From: Acidobacteriota bacterium
GTDB lineage: Bacteria; Acidobacteriota; UBA6911
Assembly (NCBI GenBank): GCA_963664705.1
Contig: OY761556.1
Coordinates: 4,960,001 to 5,024,000 of the forward strand
Length of the DNA stretch: 64,000 nucleotides
Direction of reading: 5' to 3'
Shown here in pieces: positions 10,108-19,468 of this stretch. Positions within the stretch are counted from its first letter, which is position 1, and the number at the start of each line of letters is the position of its first letter. The notes beneath the pieces were generated by a model. That model saw only the letters and a list, made by a program, of their open reading frames with translations. It was not told where the DNA came from and ran no database searches. Both the position numbers and the translations under genes were made by a program.

Positions 10108-10794
10108 TCACTTCTCCTCAATAAATCTTCTATAGGCCGACAACAGCGACGCGCTATACTGCGTTTCTTCTTCCGGCAGAATTCGATGATAAATCCTGAC
10201 TGAATCAAGCAAGGCTTTGCCGCCTGATTCCTCAGCAGGGATGGACCGTTTAACGCATTGTTCGAAAATTTGCGTGAGCCCGGGTATTGTTACCTCCTCC
10301 CCTCCAATAACCACCGTTCCGCCAGGAACCGGGCGAGAACATGCACAGGCAGTTCCGGAATTGTGCTGCGCCTCAGGAAAAGTCTCGATGCTCAATAAGA
10401 CTTCATCAATCCGGGCCGATATTTGTTCTGCAACCGTCCAGACAGCCTCCTGATCCGGCTTCGATGCGCTGCGAGATGAACGGCTGCATCCGGTTGCTGC
10501 CGTGCCAAGTATTTCCGATACAATAAGCGCGGCGCTTACAGGGCCGCTATTCTGTTCCGTTCCATACCGGGCACACTGCCTGGGACAGCCGTCAATTGTG
10601 ATTGTCGGATGGTTTTTTGCAAAATTCTGTTCTCCTTCGTTGCCTGCAATGAACAAGGGCAGACAGATGGTCACAGTCTTGTCGGGCCGGAGCAACTCAA
10701 GAACTCTCCTTGTAGCCAGCCTGGCAATCGTGCCCTCTGCGATGGATTCGCCACTGCAGGAGACTATCCCAACTTTTGTTATTTCCGCGCTCAT
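10108..10794 (-). CDS. DGC-domain putative zinc-binding protein with C-terminal extension
   Basis: SCSG, TICL, IDGCPRQCA; extra domain after a CACS linker. Confidence 0.8.
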   Translation of the reverse strand: MSAEITKVGIVSCSGESIAEGTIARLATRRVLELLRPDKTVTICLPLFIAGNEGEQNFAKNHPTITIDGCPRQCARYGTEQNSGPVSAALIVSEILGTAATGCSRSSRSASKPDQEAVWTVAEQISARIDEVLLSIETFPEAQHNSGTACACSRPVPGGTVVIGGEEVTIPGLTQIFEQCVKRSIPAEESGGKALLDSVRIYHRILPEEETQYSASLLSAYRRFIEEK

Positions 10795-10796
10795 CT

Positions 10797-11234
10797 CTAC
10801 ACCGCCTTGTCCAACCGCATTGCCTCAGCAGCAACGGTTTTGGCAACATCCTTTGTTATTGCCCACCCTTCTTCGCTCAGGTCTGTTGCAGTTCCGGGTT
10901 TTGCGCCCCGATATTTCTTGAAGGCTTCCGAGACCTGAGCGGCACAGGCAACCTTACCGCCTGCCATCTCAACATTCTTTTTAGCGCATGCCTTTGGACA
11001 TCCGTCGATCGTAATACAGGGTTGTGTTTTGATCGCCGAAACAGCTTCTGCGTCTTTTATGACCAGCAAGCCCAGGCACAATGTGTCGGTTTGGCCGGGA
11101 GCTAATTCATCGGTTACCAGATACGTCGCTTCCCGGCTGATCAACCCGTGCACTTTCCCAATGCCGCTGCACGGTATTACAAGCACAGGCTTTTTGTTAA
11201 TCATCGGTTTCTCCACAGTTTGCTTCAATGTCAT
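10797..11234 (-). CDS. DGC-domain putative zinc-binding protein
   Basis: PCSG, TLCL, IDGCPKACA. Confidence 0.82.
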   Translation of the reverse strand: MTLKQTVEKPMINKKPVLVIPCSGIGKVHGLISREATYLVTDELAPGQTDTLCLGLLVIKDAEAVSAIKTQPCITIDGCPKACAKKNVEMAGGKVACAAQVSEAFKKYRGAKPGTATDLSEEGWAITKDVAKTVAAEAMRLDKAV

Positions 11235-11473
11235 TCCTCGTTGGCCGCGATCAGCTGTTTTATTTCATCCGTTGATGGGACTCTGCCGGCAACTTTGAGA
11301 ACACCATTGATGACCAGTCCTGGTGTCATAAGAATTTCAAATTTCAGAATGTCTTGAATTGCGGTTACCTTCTCGATTTCAGCATTCAAGCCAAGTTCCT
11401 TAACAGCTTTTTCCGCGTTTAATGCCAGCGTTTTGCATCTTGGGCACCCGGTCCCCAGTATCTGAATTTTCAA
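11231..11473 (-). CDS. small redox-active thioredoxin-like protein (MTH895/ArsE-like)
   Basis: KIQILGTGCPRC, TPGLVING; TTG start after AGGGAG. Confidence 0.88.
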   Translation of the reverse strand: MKIQILGTGCPRCKTLALNAEKAVKELGLNAEIEKVTAIQDILKFEILMTPGLVINGVLKVAGRVPSTDEIKQLIAANEE

Positions 11474-11493
11474 GCATCTCTCCCTTCTGCTGT

Positions 11494-11949
11494 TCAGTCG
11501 CACACTGTGCTGATTTCAGGCTCGAGAACCAATTCCGATTTGATTGAGTTCGCCACAAGGCTGTATTTAACAGCGCTGTCCAAAGCTCGCTGCAATCTCT
11601 TGAGAGTGTTATTGTGATTTGAGGCATCGGTCCGCAAAACAATACGTGGCCGCAGCAGGACCTGCGTGAATGTTTCAGTCCGATCGAGTTCAATCTGCTT
11701 TCTGCCCTCGGCATTGCATTGGTAGCTGACCAGATCCAGCTTGTATCTCTTAGCCGACCAGATGAACATCATCATCACGCACATGTTGACTGCGGCCACA
11801 AATGCATCCTCCGGTGTGAGCACTCCTTCGTGTCCATGAGCATCTGGAGGTGCGGAAAAATCCATTTCAGGGCCATTCCCCATTCGGATACGTCCCCAGT
11901 GTTCGCCTTTCCATTCCACCGTTGTGTTATAAACTGCGGTTTGTGACAT
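11494..11949 (-). CDS. OsmC-family protein
   Basis: FSAPP...TPEDAFVAAVNMC; the second conserved Cys position appears as KYSLVANS (Ser). Confidence 0.82.
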   Translation of the reverse strand: MSQTAVYNTTVEWKGEHWGRIRMGNGPEMDFSAPPDAHGHEGVLTPEDAFVAAVNMCVMMMFIWSAKRYKLDLVSYQCNAEGRKQIELDRTETFTQVLLRPRIVLRTDASNHNNTLKRLQRALDSAVKYSLVANSIKSELVLEPEISTVCD

Positions 11950-11974
11950 TGGTATTCCCCGAAACTGGTTTTGA

Positions 11975-12433
11975 TCAGGCCTGCAGCTCCGCCTCAGCCT
12001 GCTGCTTTGCAATTTTTGCGTATTCGCCGGCATCCAGGAGCTTGTTCATTTCGTGCTCAAGCTTTTCGACCTCCAGGATCGCCATCCAACCGCTGCCATA
12101 TGGATCTCCATTGATCAGTTCCGGCGATTCCTCGAGCGCCGGGTTGATTTCGACAACTTTCCCTTTCATTGGGGAAGGAAGACTTATATTTACCTTTACA
12201 GTCTCGATACTGGCGATTTCGTCACCGGCTTCCAGCCGACGGCCCAATTCCGGTAGATTTGCGAATGCAATATCTCCATTCCTTTGCTGGGCAAAGTCGG
12301 CTAAACCCAGGCGAGCCAAATCACCCTCCTGTTTGATCCACATGCCCGAATCGCTGTACTTCAATCCCGCAGGAAATTTAAATATGAATTTATCAACGGT
12401 GATACTGATGATGTCATTTGCATTACCCGGCAT
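11975..12433 (-). CDS. glycine cleavage H-like lipoyl carrier protein
   Basis: LGLADFAQ, IETVK (lipoyl-Lys), SPMKGKVVEIN, INGDPYGSGW; no gcvP/gcvT in the window. Confidence 0.9.
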   Translation of the reverse strand: MPGNANDIISITVDKFIFKFPAGLKYSDSGMWIKQEGDLARLGLADFAQQRNGDIAFANLPELGRRLEAGDEIASIETVKVNISLPSPMKGKVVEINPALEESPELINGDPYGSGWMAILEVEKLEHEMNKLLDAGEYAKIAKQQAEAELQA

Positions 12434-12471
12434 ATTCGCTACCTCGCTTCAAAAAACGGGATGTGGACTTC

Positions 12472-12957
12472 CTACTTGGCAATCTTCTGCTTCACCATCG
12501 AGTATCCCTTCTCGTCCCAAAGGATCAGCCCGCCCTCCAGAACCTTCACATTCTCACTTCTATATCCCAGTTGCCTGAATTCCAGTGCCATTTTTGCGCT
12601 GTCGGTTCCCTCTTCGCACAAGCAGTAGATCACTATCGGCTTGTCCATTGGCAATCCCATCATAGAAAGCTGTCTTTGAGCGGGATCGGCCATGGCATCG
12701 TAAGTAATGTTGATCGACGAAGGTATGTGCCACATTTCGTATCCCTCCGCCGATTGGGTATCCACAATGATGATGTCCGCCTTTTTCTTTAACAGCTGAA
12801 CAAGTACTTTGGCAGGCATCCTCGGAACCTCGGGATGGGCGAGCTTGGCTTTGGTTTCCGCCTTCTGAACGACGGCGCTCTTATTCTGGGAAAAAGAAAT
12901 CAGGCAACAACCGGCCATTATCAAAGCAAGCATTGCCGGTATCTTCCGGTTCTTCAT
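12472..12957 (-). CDS. exported rhodanese-domain protein
   Basis: signal peptide; HIPSSINI, IVIYCLCEEG, VLEGG..W. Confidence 0.85.
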   Translation of the reverse strand: MKNRKIPAMLALIMAGCCLISFSQNKSAVVQKAETKAKLAHPEVPRMPAKVLVQLLKKKADIIIVDTQSAEGYEMWHIPSSINITYDAMADPAQRQLSMMGLPMDKPIVIYCLCEEGTDSAKMALEFRQLGYRSENVKVLEGGLILWDEKGYSMVKQKIAK

Positions 12958-12974
12958 TTATTGGCTCCTTCGGG

Positions 12975-13472
12975 CTACTCAGATATCTTCTCTTTATACA
13001 TTGGATAGCCTTTTTCATCCCATTTCGTCAGGCCGCCTTCTAATACCTTCACATTCTTCCAGGCATGCCCCAGGCGTCTTAATTCCAATGCTTCCTCGGA
13101 ACTGTCCACTCCTTCCTCACATAGGCAATAGAGCACGACCAATTTTCCGACAGGTATCTTCTTCAGTTTTCTATCCCGGCTGGCACCACCATCCAACGAG
13201 TTATACGGGATGTTGATTGCGGATAGAATATGCCAGGAATCGAAGAAGTCTTTGGGATTAACGTCGATCAGCACGAGATCCGCTTTTTTCGCAAGCAGGT
13301 CCTTTAATTCATTAGCGGGTATCCGCTGCACCTCAGGGTGAAATATTTTCGGTTTTCCAGGATTCGGAGTAGTTCGCTCCTGTGCGGCGCAAATGCTTTC
13401 CTCAACACCAAAACAAATCGCAAAGAAAAGAAAAATCCTCAGAAATTGATAGTTGGTGAATACCCTCTTCAT
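12975..13472 (-). CDS. exported rhodanese-domain protein (paralog)
   Basis: AAAGGA upstream of ATG 13472; signal peptide; HILSAINI, VVLYCLCEEG, VLEGG..W. Confidence 0.85.
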   Translation of the reverse strand: MKRVFTNYQFLRIFLFFAICFGVEESICAAQERTTPNPGKPKIFHPEVQRIPANELKDLLAKKADLVLIDVNPKDFFDSWHILSAINIPYNSLDGGASRDRKLKKIPVGKLVVLYCLCEEGVDSSEEALELRRLGHAWKNVKVLEGGLTKWDEKGYPMYKEKISE

Positions 13473-13488
13473 GATTGCAATTTCCTTT

Positions 13489-14757
13489 CTATGGGCATTG
13501 GATAATTCCTTGAGCCCACAGACAGCCTCCGCAGGTTGGGAATGTACTCCCCATGCAATCCTGTTCATTTTCTGCAAAAAGCCCGCAACCGCCACAGTAG
13601 GTGCAGGGCGCAAAATCAAAGCTCTGGACGCGCTCACGAAATTGCAGATATTCCAACTCATTCCAAAGGGCCATAATTGGACGTTCGTTTACATTTCCGA
13701 CTGCATATTGCCGCGAGAATCGCTCGATGCCATCGACATGGTTTCTGTGACTATGAAGAAGAGGAAGGCAGGGACTGAGAGCTCCATCCCACCGGATGGC
13801 ACAGGCTCCGCTTTCGATGAACGGGCAGTAGTCATTGCCTTCACCAAAATGATTGCGAGCAAAGGTCAATCCGTGTCCGGCATGTAGGGATGAATAAAGT
13901 GAGCCCTTCGTCACTTCGTCTACATCGATTTTCGGAAGATCGAGCCTGTAAACGGAAGAGTGATAAAGCACGTTCCGCAGAGCTTTTGAATACAGGATTT
14001 CCTTCTCCATCTCTCCACTGTAAGGAATGACATTGGTTACCATCACAGTTCCAACTCCCAGTTTTTGGGCGAGCGGAAGCAGCAGAGGAAGATCATGAAA
14101 ATTCCTCTTCATTGCCACAAATACAATTCCAATCTCGGGTCTCACATGATATTTGGAGAAAGGAGAGGGTGACGGTGCGCGGACGAATATCCGTGTGTTA
14201 TGAAAGACCTTGAGGTTTTCGATCACATCAGGCAATAAAGCGCCCAAACGTATGTCGCCATAGGATTCTGGGTTTGCACCATCCAGAGATACCCACAGAC
14301 GGTCCAGCCCGGCTTCAATCAGTCCTTCAGACATCTGCTTTGTCAGCAATGTGCCATTGGTGATCAATTCCACCGTGGAACCTAGGGCCTTTGCCTTTGC
14401 AACCATCTCGATGATATCTGGATGAGAAAGCGGTTCGCCGAGCCCGCCGAAAAAGACGCTGGGTGGCGTGGGAGATTCCTTCAGCCCCTCCATTATCCTC
14501 GAAAAAGAGCCGTTGCTCATGGTGCCCATGGGCTCATTCCAGGCATTTCTCATGCAGGTTCGGCATTCAAGATTGCATCGGTTTGTCGGCTCTATATATA
14601 ACTTTTTCAGAAGTGTAACCGGCAAGCGAAGCCGTAATCCCTTGGCGGTTTCCTCCACGCACACATGTGCTCCAGCCATAAGCCCATACTTGCGTACGAA
14701 TTCCTCCGGGAATACCAGCTCTCCATTTTTGTTTACCAGGGCCAGATACCTATCCAT
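13489..14757 (-). CDS. radical SAM/SPASM protein with N-terminal AbrB-like domain
   Basis: CNLECRTC, GGLGEP, C-terminal CTYCGGC...C...CGGCLWAQGIIQCP; N-terminal VNKNGELVFP. Confidence 0.9.
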   Translation of the reverse strand: MDRYLALVNKNGELVFPEEFVRKYGLMAGAHVCVEETAKGLRLRLPVTLLKKLYIEPTNRCNLECRTCMRNAWNEPMGTMSNGSFSRIMEGLKESPTPPSVFFGGLGEPLSHPDIIEMVAKAKALGSTVELITNGTLLTKQMSEGLIEAGLDRLWVSLDGANPESYGDIRLGALLPDVIENLKVFHNTRIFVRAPSPSPFSKYHVRPEIGIVFVAMKRNFHDLPLLLPLAQKLGVGTVMVTNVIPYSGEMEKEILYSKALRNVLYHSSVYRLDLPKIDVDEVTKGSLYSSLHAGHGLTFARNHFGEGNDYCPFIESGACAIRWDGALSPCLPLLHSHRNHVDGIERFSRQYAVGNVNERPIMALWNELEYLQFRERVQSFDFAPCTYCGGCGLFAENEQDCMGSTFPTCGGCLWAQGIIQCP

Positions 14758-14777
14758 CTCGTTTCCCTGCTGAAAAT

Positions 14778-16055
14778 CTACGGACACCTTACTATGCCTT
14801 GAGCCCACAAACAGCCTCCGCAGGCCGGGATCGGACTTCCTATGCAATCTTCCTGGTTGGATTCAAACAACTCGCACCCGCCGCAAAGAATGCATGGAGA
14901 GAAATTGAATTCCTGGACGCGTCTGCGCAACGTGAGGTAGTCGGGCTTATTCCAAATATCCCATAGGCTCTGGGCCAGCACATTTCCAAATACGTGGCGC
15001 TTTAGTGAGCGTTCATATTTGTGCAGATACGCTTTGTGGTCGTGCAGGAGTGCAAGGCAGGGGCTTACATCGCCATCCCACCGGATTGCCAGAGATCCTC
15101 TCTCAACAAACGGGCAGGAATTATTTCGTTCTCCCAATCCGGCGCCTGAAATGCTCAAGTAATGATTACCCCGCATTGCATGATAAATGGCTTCCCTGGT
15201 TATCGGGCTGACATCCATTTTGGGGAAATCCAGCGAGCGCAATAACGGCGCCGACGTATAAATGGCATCTGAAATCGCTCGGGAATACAGGATTTCGTTT
15301 TCCATTTCAGGCAGGTAGGGAATTATATTTGTTACCAGAAACTGCAGGGAGCCCAGCTGATTCGCCAGGCTGAACATAGCGGGAAGATCCCCGATATTTC
15401 GCCTCATTGCCACAAAAACAACCCCCAACTGCGGTTTCAGAAACTGGTCAAAGCCGCCAAAATCCATCATGGGGGAATAACGGATACGCCGGAACTGCTG
15501 CAGATTGGAAATGACCTCCGGCAGCGCTGCTCCCAGTCGAACGTCTTTGTAGCTCTCGGGAGTCGCTCCATCGAGCGATACCCACAGCATGTCGAGTCCT
15601 GCTTCAATCAGCTGTTTGGACAGGTTTTGTGTCAACAGTGTTGCGTTTGTAATCAGTTCGACATAGGATCCGCTCGATTTCAGTTCTCTCACCATCTCCA
15701 CGATATGCGGGTGCGAAAGCGGTTCTCCGAGGCCTCCTAAAAAGACACTTGGCGGTGCCGGCAGGTTCTTGATGCCTTTGACGATATTGGAGAAGACGCT
15801 TGAAGGCATTTCCCCAAGCGGCTCATCCCAGCTGCGGCGTATGCAGGTAACACAATCCAGATTGCAGCGATTCGTGGGCTCTATATAGACGCGGGCCAGG
15901 TGGGTCACGGGACGCAGCAGGTGCATCCCGTTCGCGTTGTTTTCGAGGCGGACCCGTGTTCCCGGCTTCAGGTCATATCTCTTTACAAGTGCTTCCGGGA
16001 GTACCAGGCGTCCCGATTCATCCACGGTTGCGTCAAAGCCGTCCTCAATCTTCAA
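14778..16055 (-). CDS. radical SAM/SPASM protein with N-terminal AbrB-like domain
   Basis: CNLDCVTC, GGLGEP, CILCGGC...CGGCLWAQGIVRCP; N-terminal VDESGRLVLP...LKPG. Confidence 0.9.
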   Translation of the reverse strand: MKIEDGFDATVDESGRLVLPEALVKRYDLKPGTRVRLENNANGMHLLRPVTHLARVYIEPTNRCNLDCVTCIRRSWDEPLGEMPSSVFSNIVKGIKNLPAPPSVFLGGLGEPLSHPHIVEMVRELKSSGSYVELITNATLLTQNLSKQLIEAGLDMLWVSLDGATPESYKDVRLGAALPEVISNLQQFRRIRYSPMMDFGGFDQFLKPQLGVVFVAMRRNIGDLPAMFSLANQLGSLQFLVTNIIPYLPEMENEILYSRAISDAIYTSAPLLRSLDFPKMDVSPITREAIYHAMRGNHYLSISGAGLGERNNSCPFVERGSLAIRWDGDVSPCLALLHDHKAYLHKYERSLKRHVFGNVLAQSLWDIWNKPDYLTLRRRVQEFNFSPCILCGGCELFESNQEDCIGSPIPACGGCLWAQGIVRCP

Positions 16056-16067
16056 CTGCCACCCTCT

Positions 16068-16763
16068 TTAAAATCCCGTGAAACCGAAAATGCTTTTAAG
16101 CAATAGATACAGGCCCGCAGCAATAAACACATACGCGGTTGCCTTGCGCACCCACTTTTCGATTTGGGTTAGCCGGTCAAAAAACCTTCCAAGCGATTTC
16201 ATGCCGAATGCCATTACGATGGCAAAACCAATCACAGGCAGCGCCGTTCCCAGACCATAGACCGAAGGCATCAGGACCGCGGACTTGCCGTCTACTGCAA
16301 GAGGAATAAGGCTTCCAAAATACAGGGCGGCCGAGAGTGGGCAAAAAGTTAGGGCAAACACTATACCCAGCAATCCGGAACCCCAGAGCCCTAAGCGACC
16401 GGCCCGGTCTTGGACCGAAGAGCTGAAAACCGATGCGGAAAAGGATATCGGCAGCACTTCAAGCAGGACAATTCCCACAATGATCAGGAGCGGCCCGATT
16501 ACTTTGTGCATGTTTGTTTCGAGGAAGAATGAAACTTCCGGAAGCGAGAGCAGACTTGCCACGGCCAAAACCGCGATCACAATATAGACCAGCATTCTTC
16601 CTATCGAGTAAATGACTCCGCTCCAAAACACTTTTTGCGACGACCCCATGCTCCTGGCCACGAATGATATCGCTGCAACATTGGTGGCGAGCGGACACGG
16701 ACTGATTGACGTCAGAACTCCCAACCAAAATGCCGAAAATACGTTCAGGTACCAGCTTTCCAT
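16068..16763 (-). CDS. ArsG-like permease (CcdA/DsbD-type transmembrane protein)
   Basis: SISPCPLATN and LTFCP transmembrane Cys motifs; adjacent to an ArsF-like gene. Confidence 0.8.
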   Translation of the reverse strand: MESWYLNVFSAFWLGVLTSISPCPLATNVAAISFVARSMGSSQKVFWSGVIYSIGRMLVYIVIAVLAVASLLSLPEVSFFLETNMHKVIGPLLIIVGIVLLEVLPISFSASVFSSSVQDRAGRLGLWGSGLLGIVFALTFCPLSAALYFGSLIPLAVDGKSAVLMPSVYGLGTALPVIGFAIVMAFGMKSLGRFFDRLTQIEKWVRKATAYVFIAAGLYLLLKSIFGFTGF

Positions 16764-16772
16764 GGATATCCC

Positions 16773-17219
16773 CTACATGCCGGCCAGATAGCCGCGGACT
16801 TCCTTGCGAACATAATTGAGGAAAGCCTCTTTGTGGCCGGTCAGTTGCCATACCATCTTTAGATTCGTCCATTTGGTTTGTTTGCCGTTCACCATGCTCA
16901 CCAGAACGAGCGACTTGGAAACGAGCTTGTAATCCTGAATAAAATGCCGGTTCATGGGATCCTCATAATTGACAACCCTCATTTCCAGAGTTCCATTTTT
17001 CAGCTCATTCGGAAAGCCCTGTTCTATTGCCTCATGAGAGAACTGCTCTATTTTCACGCAGGTGCTGCACCGCGTATTGGTGTGGAAGTAATAGGCTATA
17101 ACCTTGTGCTGGCCGGTGTTTGTTTCAGGTTGCCGCGCTTCGGCAAACAATCCGGAGGCCAATAGCACAATTGTTGCAACCGAGAAAAGCAATAGAATCA
17201 GTCTTATGTTTCTGGTCAT
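16773..17219 (-). CDS. ArsF-like exported thioredoxin-fold protein
   Basis: signal peptide; YYFHTNTRCSTCVKIE. Confidence 0.8.
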   Translation of the reverse strand: MTRNIRLILLLFSVATIVLLASGLFAEARQPETNTGQHKVIAYYFHTNTRCSTCVKIEQFSHEAIEQGFPNELKNGTLEMRVVNYEDPMNRHFIQDYKLVSKSLVLVSMVNGKQTKWTNLKMVWQLTGHKEAFLNYVRKEVRGYLAGM

Positions 17220-17231
17220 GGTATTGCCTCA

Positions 17232-17657
17232 TCATTCCTGGCTTAAGTAAGTTCCCTCCGCCAACGAACCATCCATCAAGGCGGGATATTCCCGTTCTGG
17301 AGGATAGGGATCCAGTCTGCAGGCGCCATTCCGAACCGCTTCCTTCAGTCGAACCAGATCCTCTTTCATGACTTGGTCCTTGGGACAGCATTTGTCCAAC
17401 AGCTCAAAGAGAGCCTCTATTTGAGCTGTGCCTGGAGGCACAAGGGAATAGATGATCCGGCTTCCGCTCCGGCAATCTTCTACAAGTCCTGAATGCCTCA
17501 AGGCAGCGAGATGGCGGGACGCCATCGTTTGTGAAATCCTGAGTACCGCATGCAGTTCACATACACAGATGCTCCCCAATCTAAGCAGGTTGAGCAGTCG
17601 GAGCCTTGTCGGATCCGATACGGCCTTGAACAACTGGTCAAGCGGTTGTTGTCTCAT
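17232..17657 (-). CDS. arsR: ArsR/SmtB-family regulator
   Basis: [25 protein letters not shown]; additional CC motif. Confidence 0.9.
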   Translation of the reverse strand: MRQQPLDQLFKAVSDPTRLRLLNLLRLGSICVCELHAVLRISQTMASRHLAALRHSGLVEDCRSGSRIIYSLVPPGTAQIEALFELLDKCCPKDQVMKEDLVRLKEAVRNGACRLDPYPPEREYPALMDGSLAEGTYLSQE

Positions 17658-17668
17658 CGATCTATTCC

Positions 17669-17798
17669 TATATGCGCTTATGCGAATATAACGATATCCC
17701 TGCGGGAAGTACGATTACAAGAGCATTTTAATGTTTCTGGAGAACTCCCTTCGAAGTTCCCAATTCACCTTGACTGCATTCGTTAAACCGCATATACA
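17669..17798. promoter_or_regulatory. divergent promoters with two related ArsR operators
   Basis: ATGCG-N6-CGAAT (17672-17687) and ATTCG-N6-CGCAT (17778-17793); the second lies inside TTGACT-N17-TATACA. Confidence 0.6.
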
Positions 17799-17821
17799 CA
17801 TATTATCAACAGGGAGATGAA

Positions 17822-18253
17822 ATGAAGAATGCAGCTCGGTTTTTCAAAGCACTGTCGGACGAATCGCGGCTGAAAATGCTTTGGCTTCTGCTGAACCATC
17901 GGGAACTCTGTGTTTGCGATATCATGGCCGTTCTCGAGATTACGCAATCGAAAGCCTCCAGGCACCTCGCCGCCCTTCGGCATATCGGAATTGCCACGGA
18001 CCGGAGAGAAGGATTGTGGGCTTATTATTCGCTCCGCCCGGCGGACAATGATCTTGCGCAAGAACATCTGAAACTGCTCCGCAGAACCCTAGCAAAGCTG
18101 CCGGATGCGAAACCGCTTCTGGAAAAACTCGATTCATGGCTCAAGGCAAAAAGCGGCGGCGAAACCTGCATAAACACCAATGGAAACGTGACCTTGAAAA
18201 ACAAAGCCAAAAAGGGTTCCAACAGAGCCTCTCTCACAGGAGTATCTCGATGA
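17822..18253 (+). CDS. arsR: ArsR/SmtB-family regulator
   Basis: [17 protein letters not shown] As(III)-binding site, SRHLAALR. Confidence 0.92.
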   Translation: MKNAARFFKALSDESRLKMLWLLLNHRELCVCDIMAVLEITQSKASRHLAALRHIGIATDRREGLWAYYSLRPADNDLAQEHLKLLRRTLAKLPDAKPLLEKLDSWLKAKSGGETCINTNGNVTLKNKAKKGSNRASLTGVSR

Positions 18254-19341
18254 GCAAACCATCAACCGCAGCGATCCACAGCGCCAAACACGCTGGAATA
18301 GCCAGTAAACTTTCATTTCTTGATCGATACCTGACGCTCTGGATTTTTCTCGCCATGGCCGTGGGAGTCGGCGCCGGATATCTGTTCCCTGACATCGTTC
18401 CCTTCCTGAACAGGTTTAACGCTGGAACCACCTCTGTACCGATCGCCGTTGGGCTAATCCTCATGATGTATCCCCCCCTGGCGAAAGTGCGCTATGAGGA
18501 AATGGGGCCGGTTTTCCGAAATTTCAAGGTGCTGGGGCTTTCGCTTGCACAGAACTGGATAGTCGGACCTATCCTGATGTTTGCTCTGGCCGTACTCTTC
18601 CTGCGCGACAAGCCGGAGTACATGGTCGGCCTGATCATGATCGGGCTGGCCCGCTGTATCGCCATGGTGATCGTGTGGAATGAATTGGCAAAGGGCGATA
18701 CCGAATATTGTGCGGGTCTGGTGGCCTTCAATTCCATATTCCAGGTGCTTCTCTATTCAGTTTACGCATATGTCTTCATAACGGTTCTTCCGACCTGGCT
18801 GGGATTGAAAGGTGTTGCGGTGAACATCACCATTGGTGAGATTGCCAAAAGCGTATTCATTTACCTTGGGATTCCATTCCTGGCAGGAGTGATCACACGC
18901 TTCTCCCTAATATCGGCGCAGGGCAAAGAGTGGTACCACTCGAAATTCATTCCCAAGATCAGCCCGATTACCCTTATCGCACTTTTGTTCACGATCATTG
19001 TCATGTTCTCCCTGAAGGGTGAAATGATCGTACAGCTTCCGTTCGACGTGATCCGCATCGCGATCCCGCTGCTCATATATTTTATCCTGATGTTCTTTGT
19101 ATCCTTCTTCATGAGCAAGAAGGTGGGAGCCACCTACGGCCAGTCTGCGACTTTGTCATTTACGGCTGCTTCCAATAATTTCGAGCTCGCCATTGCGGTT
19201 GCAGTCGCCACGTTCGGAATCCAGCACGGCGGCGCTTTTGCCGCGGTCATCGGTCCGCTTGTGGAAGTGCCGGCTCTCATCGCGCTTGTAAATGTCTCTC
19301 TCTGGCTCGGGCGCAAATACTACGGCATGAAAGAGGCCTAG
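18250..19341 (+). CDS. acr3: ACR3-family arsenite efflux transporter
   Basis: [37 protein letters not shown]; ATGA overlap with arsR. Confidence 0.96.
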   Translation: MSKPSTAAIHSAKHAGIASKLSFLDRYLTLWIFLAMAVGVGAGYLFPDIVPFLNRFNAGTTSVPIAVGLILMMYPPLAKVRYEEMGPVFRNFKVLGLSLAQNWIVGPILMFALAVLFLRDKPEYMVGLIMIGLARCIAMVIVWNELAKGDTEYCAGLVAFNSIFQVLLYSVYAYVFITVLPTWLGLKGVAVNITIGEIAKSVFIYLGIPFLAGVITRFSLISAQGKEWYHSKFIPKISPITLIALLFTIIVMFSLKGEMIVQLPFDVIRIAIPLLIYFILMFFVSFFMSKKVGATYGQSATLSFTAASNNFELAIAVAVATFGIQHGGAFAAVIGPLVEVPALIALVNVSLWLGRKYYGMKEA

Positions 19342-19468
19342 GTTAAAGGTATGCGCTTTTGTGCGTAGCCAAATCGCCAAAGGAATCGCGCTTTCCATTG
19401 CGCAATCAGTTCAAACGATACAGCCATTGTCATAGGCAGTTTTCCAGGCGGAGAAGGATTATAGCGAG

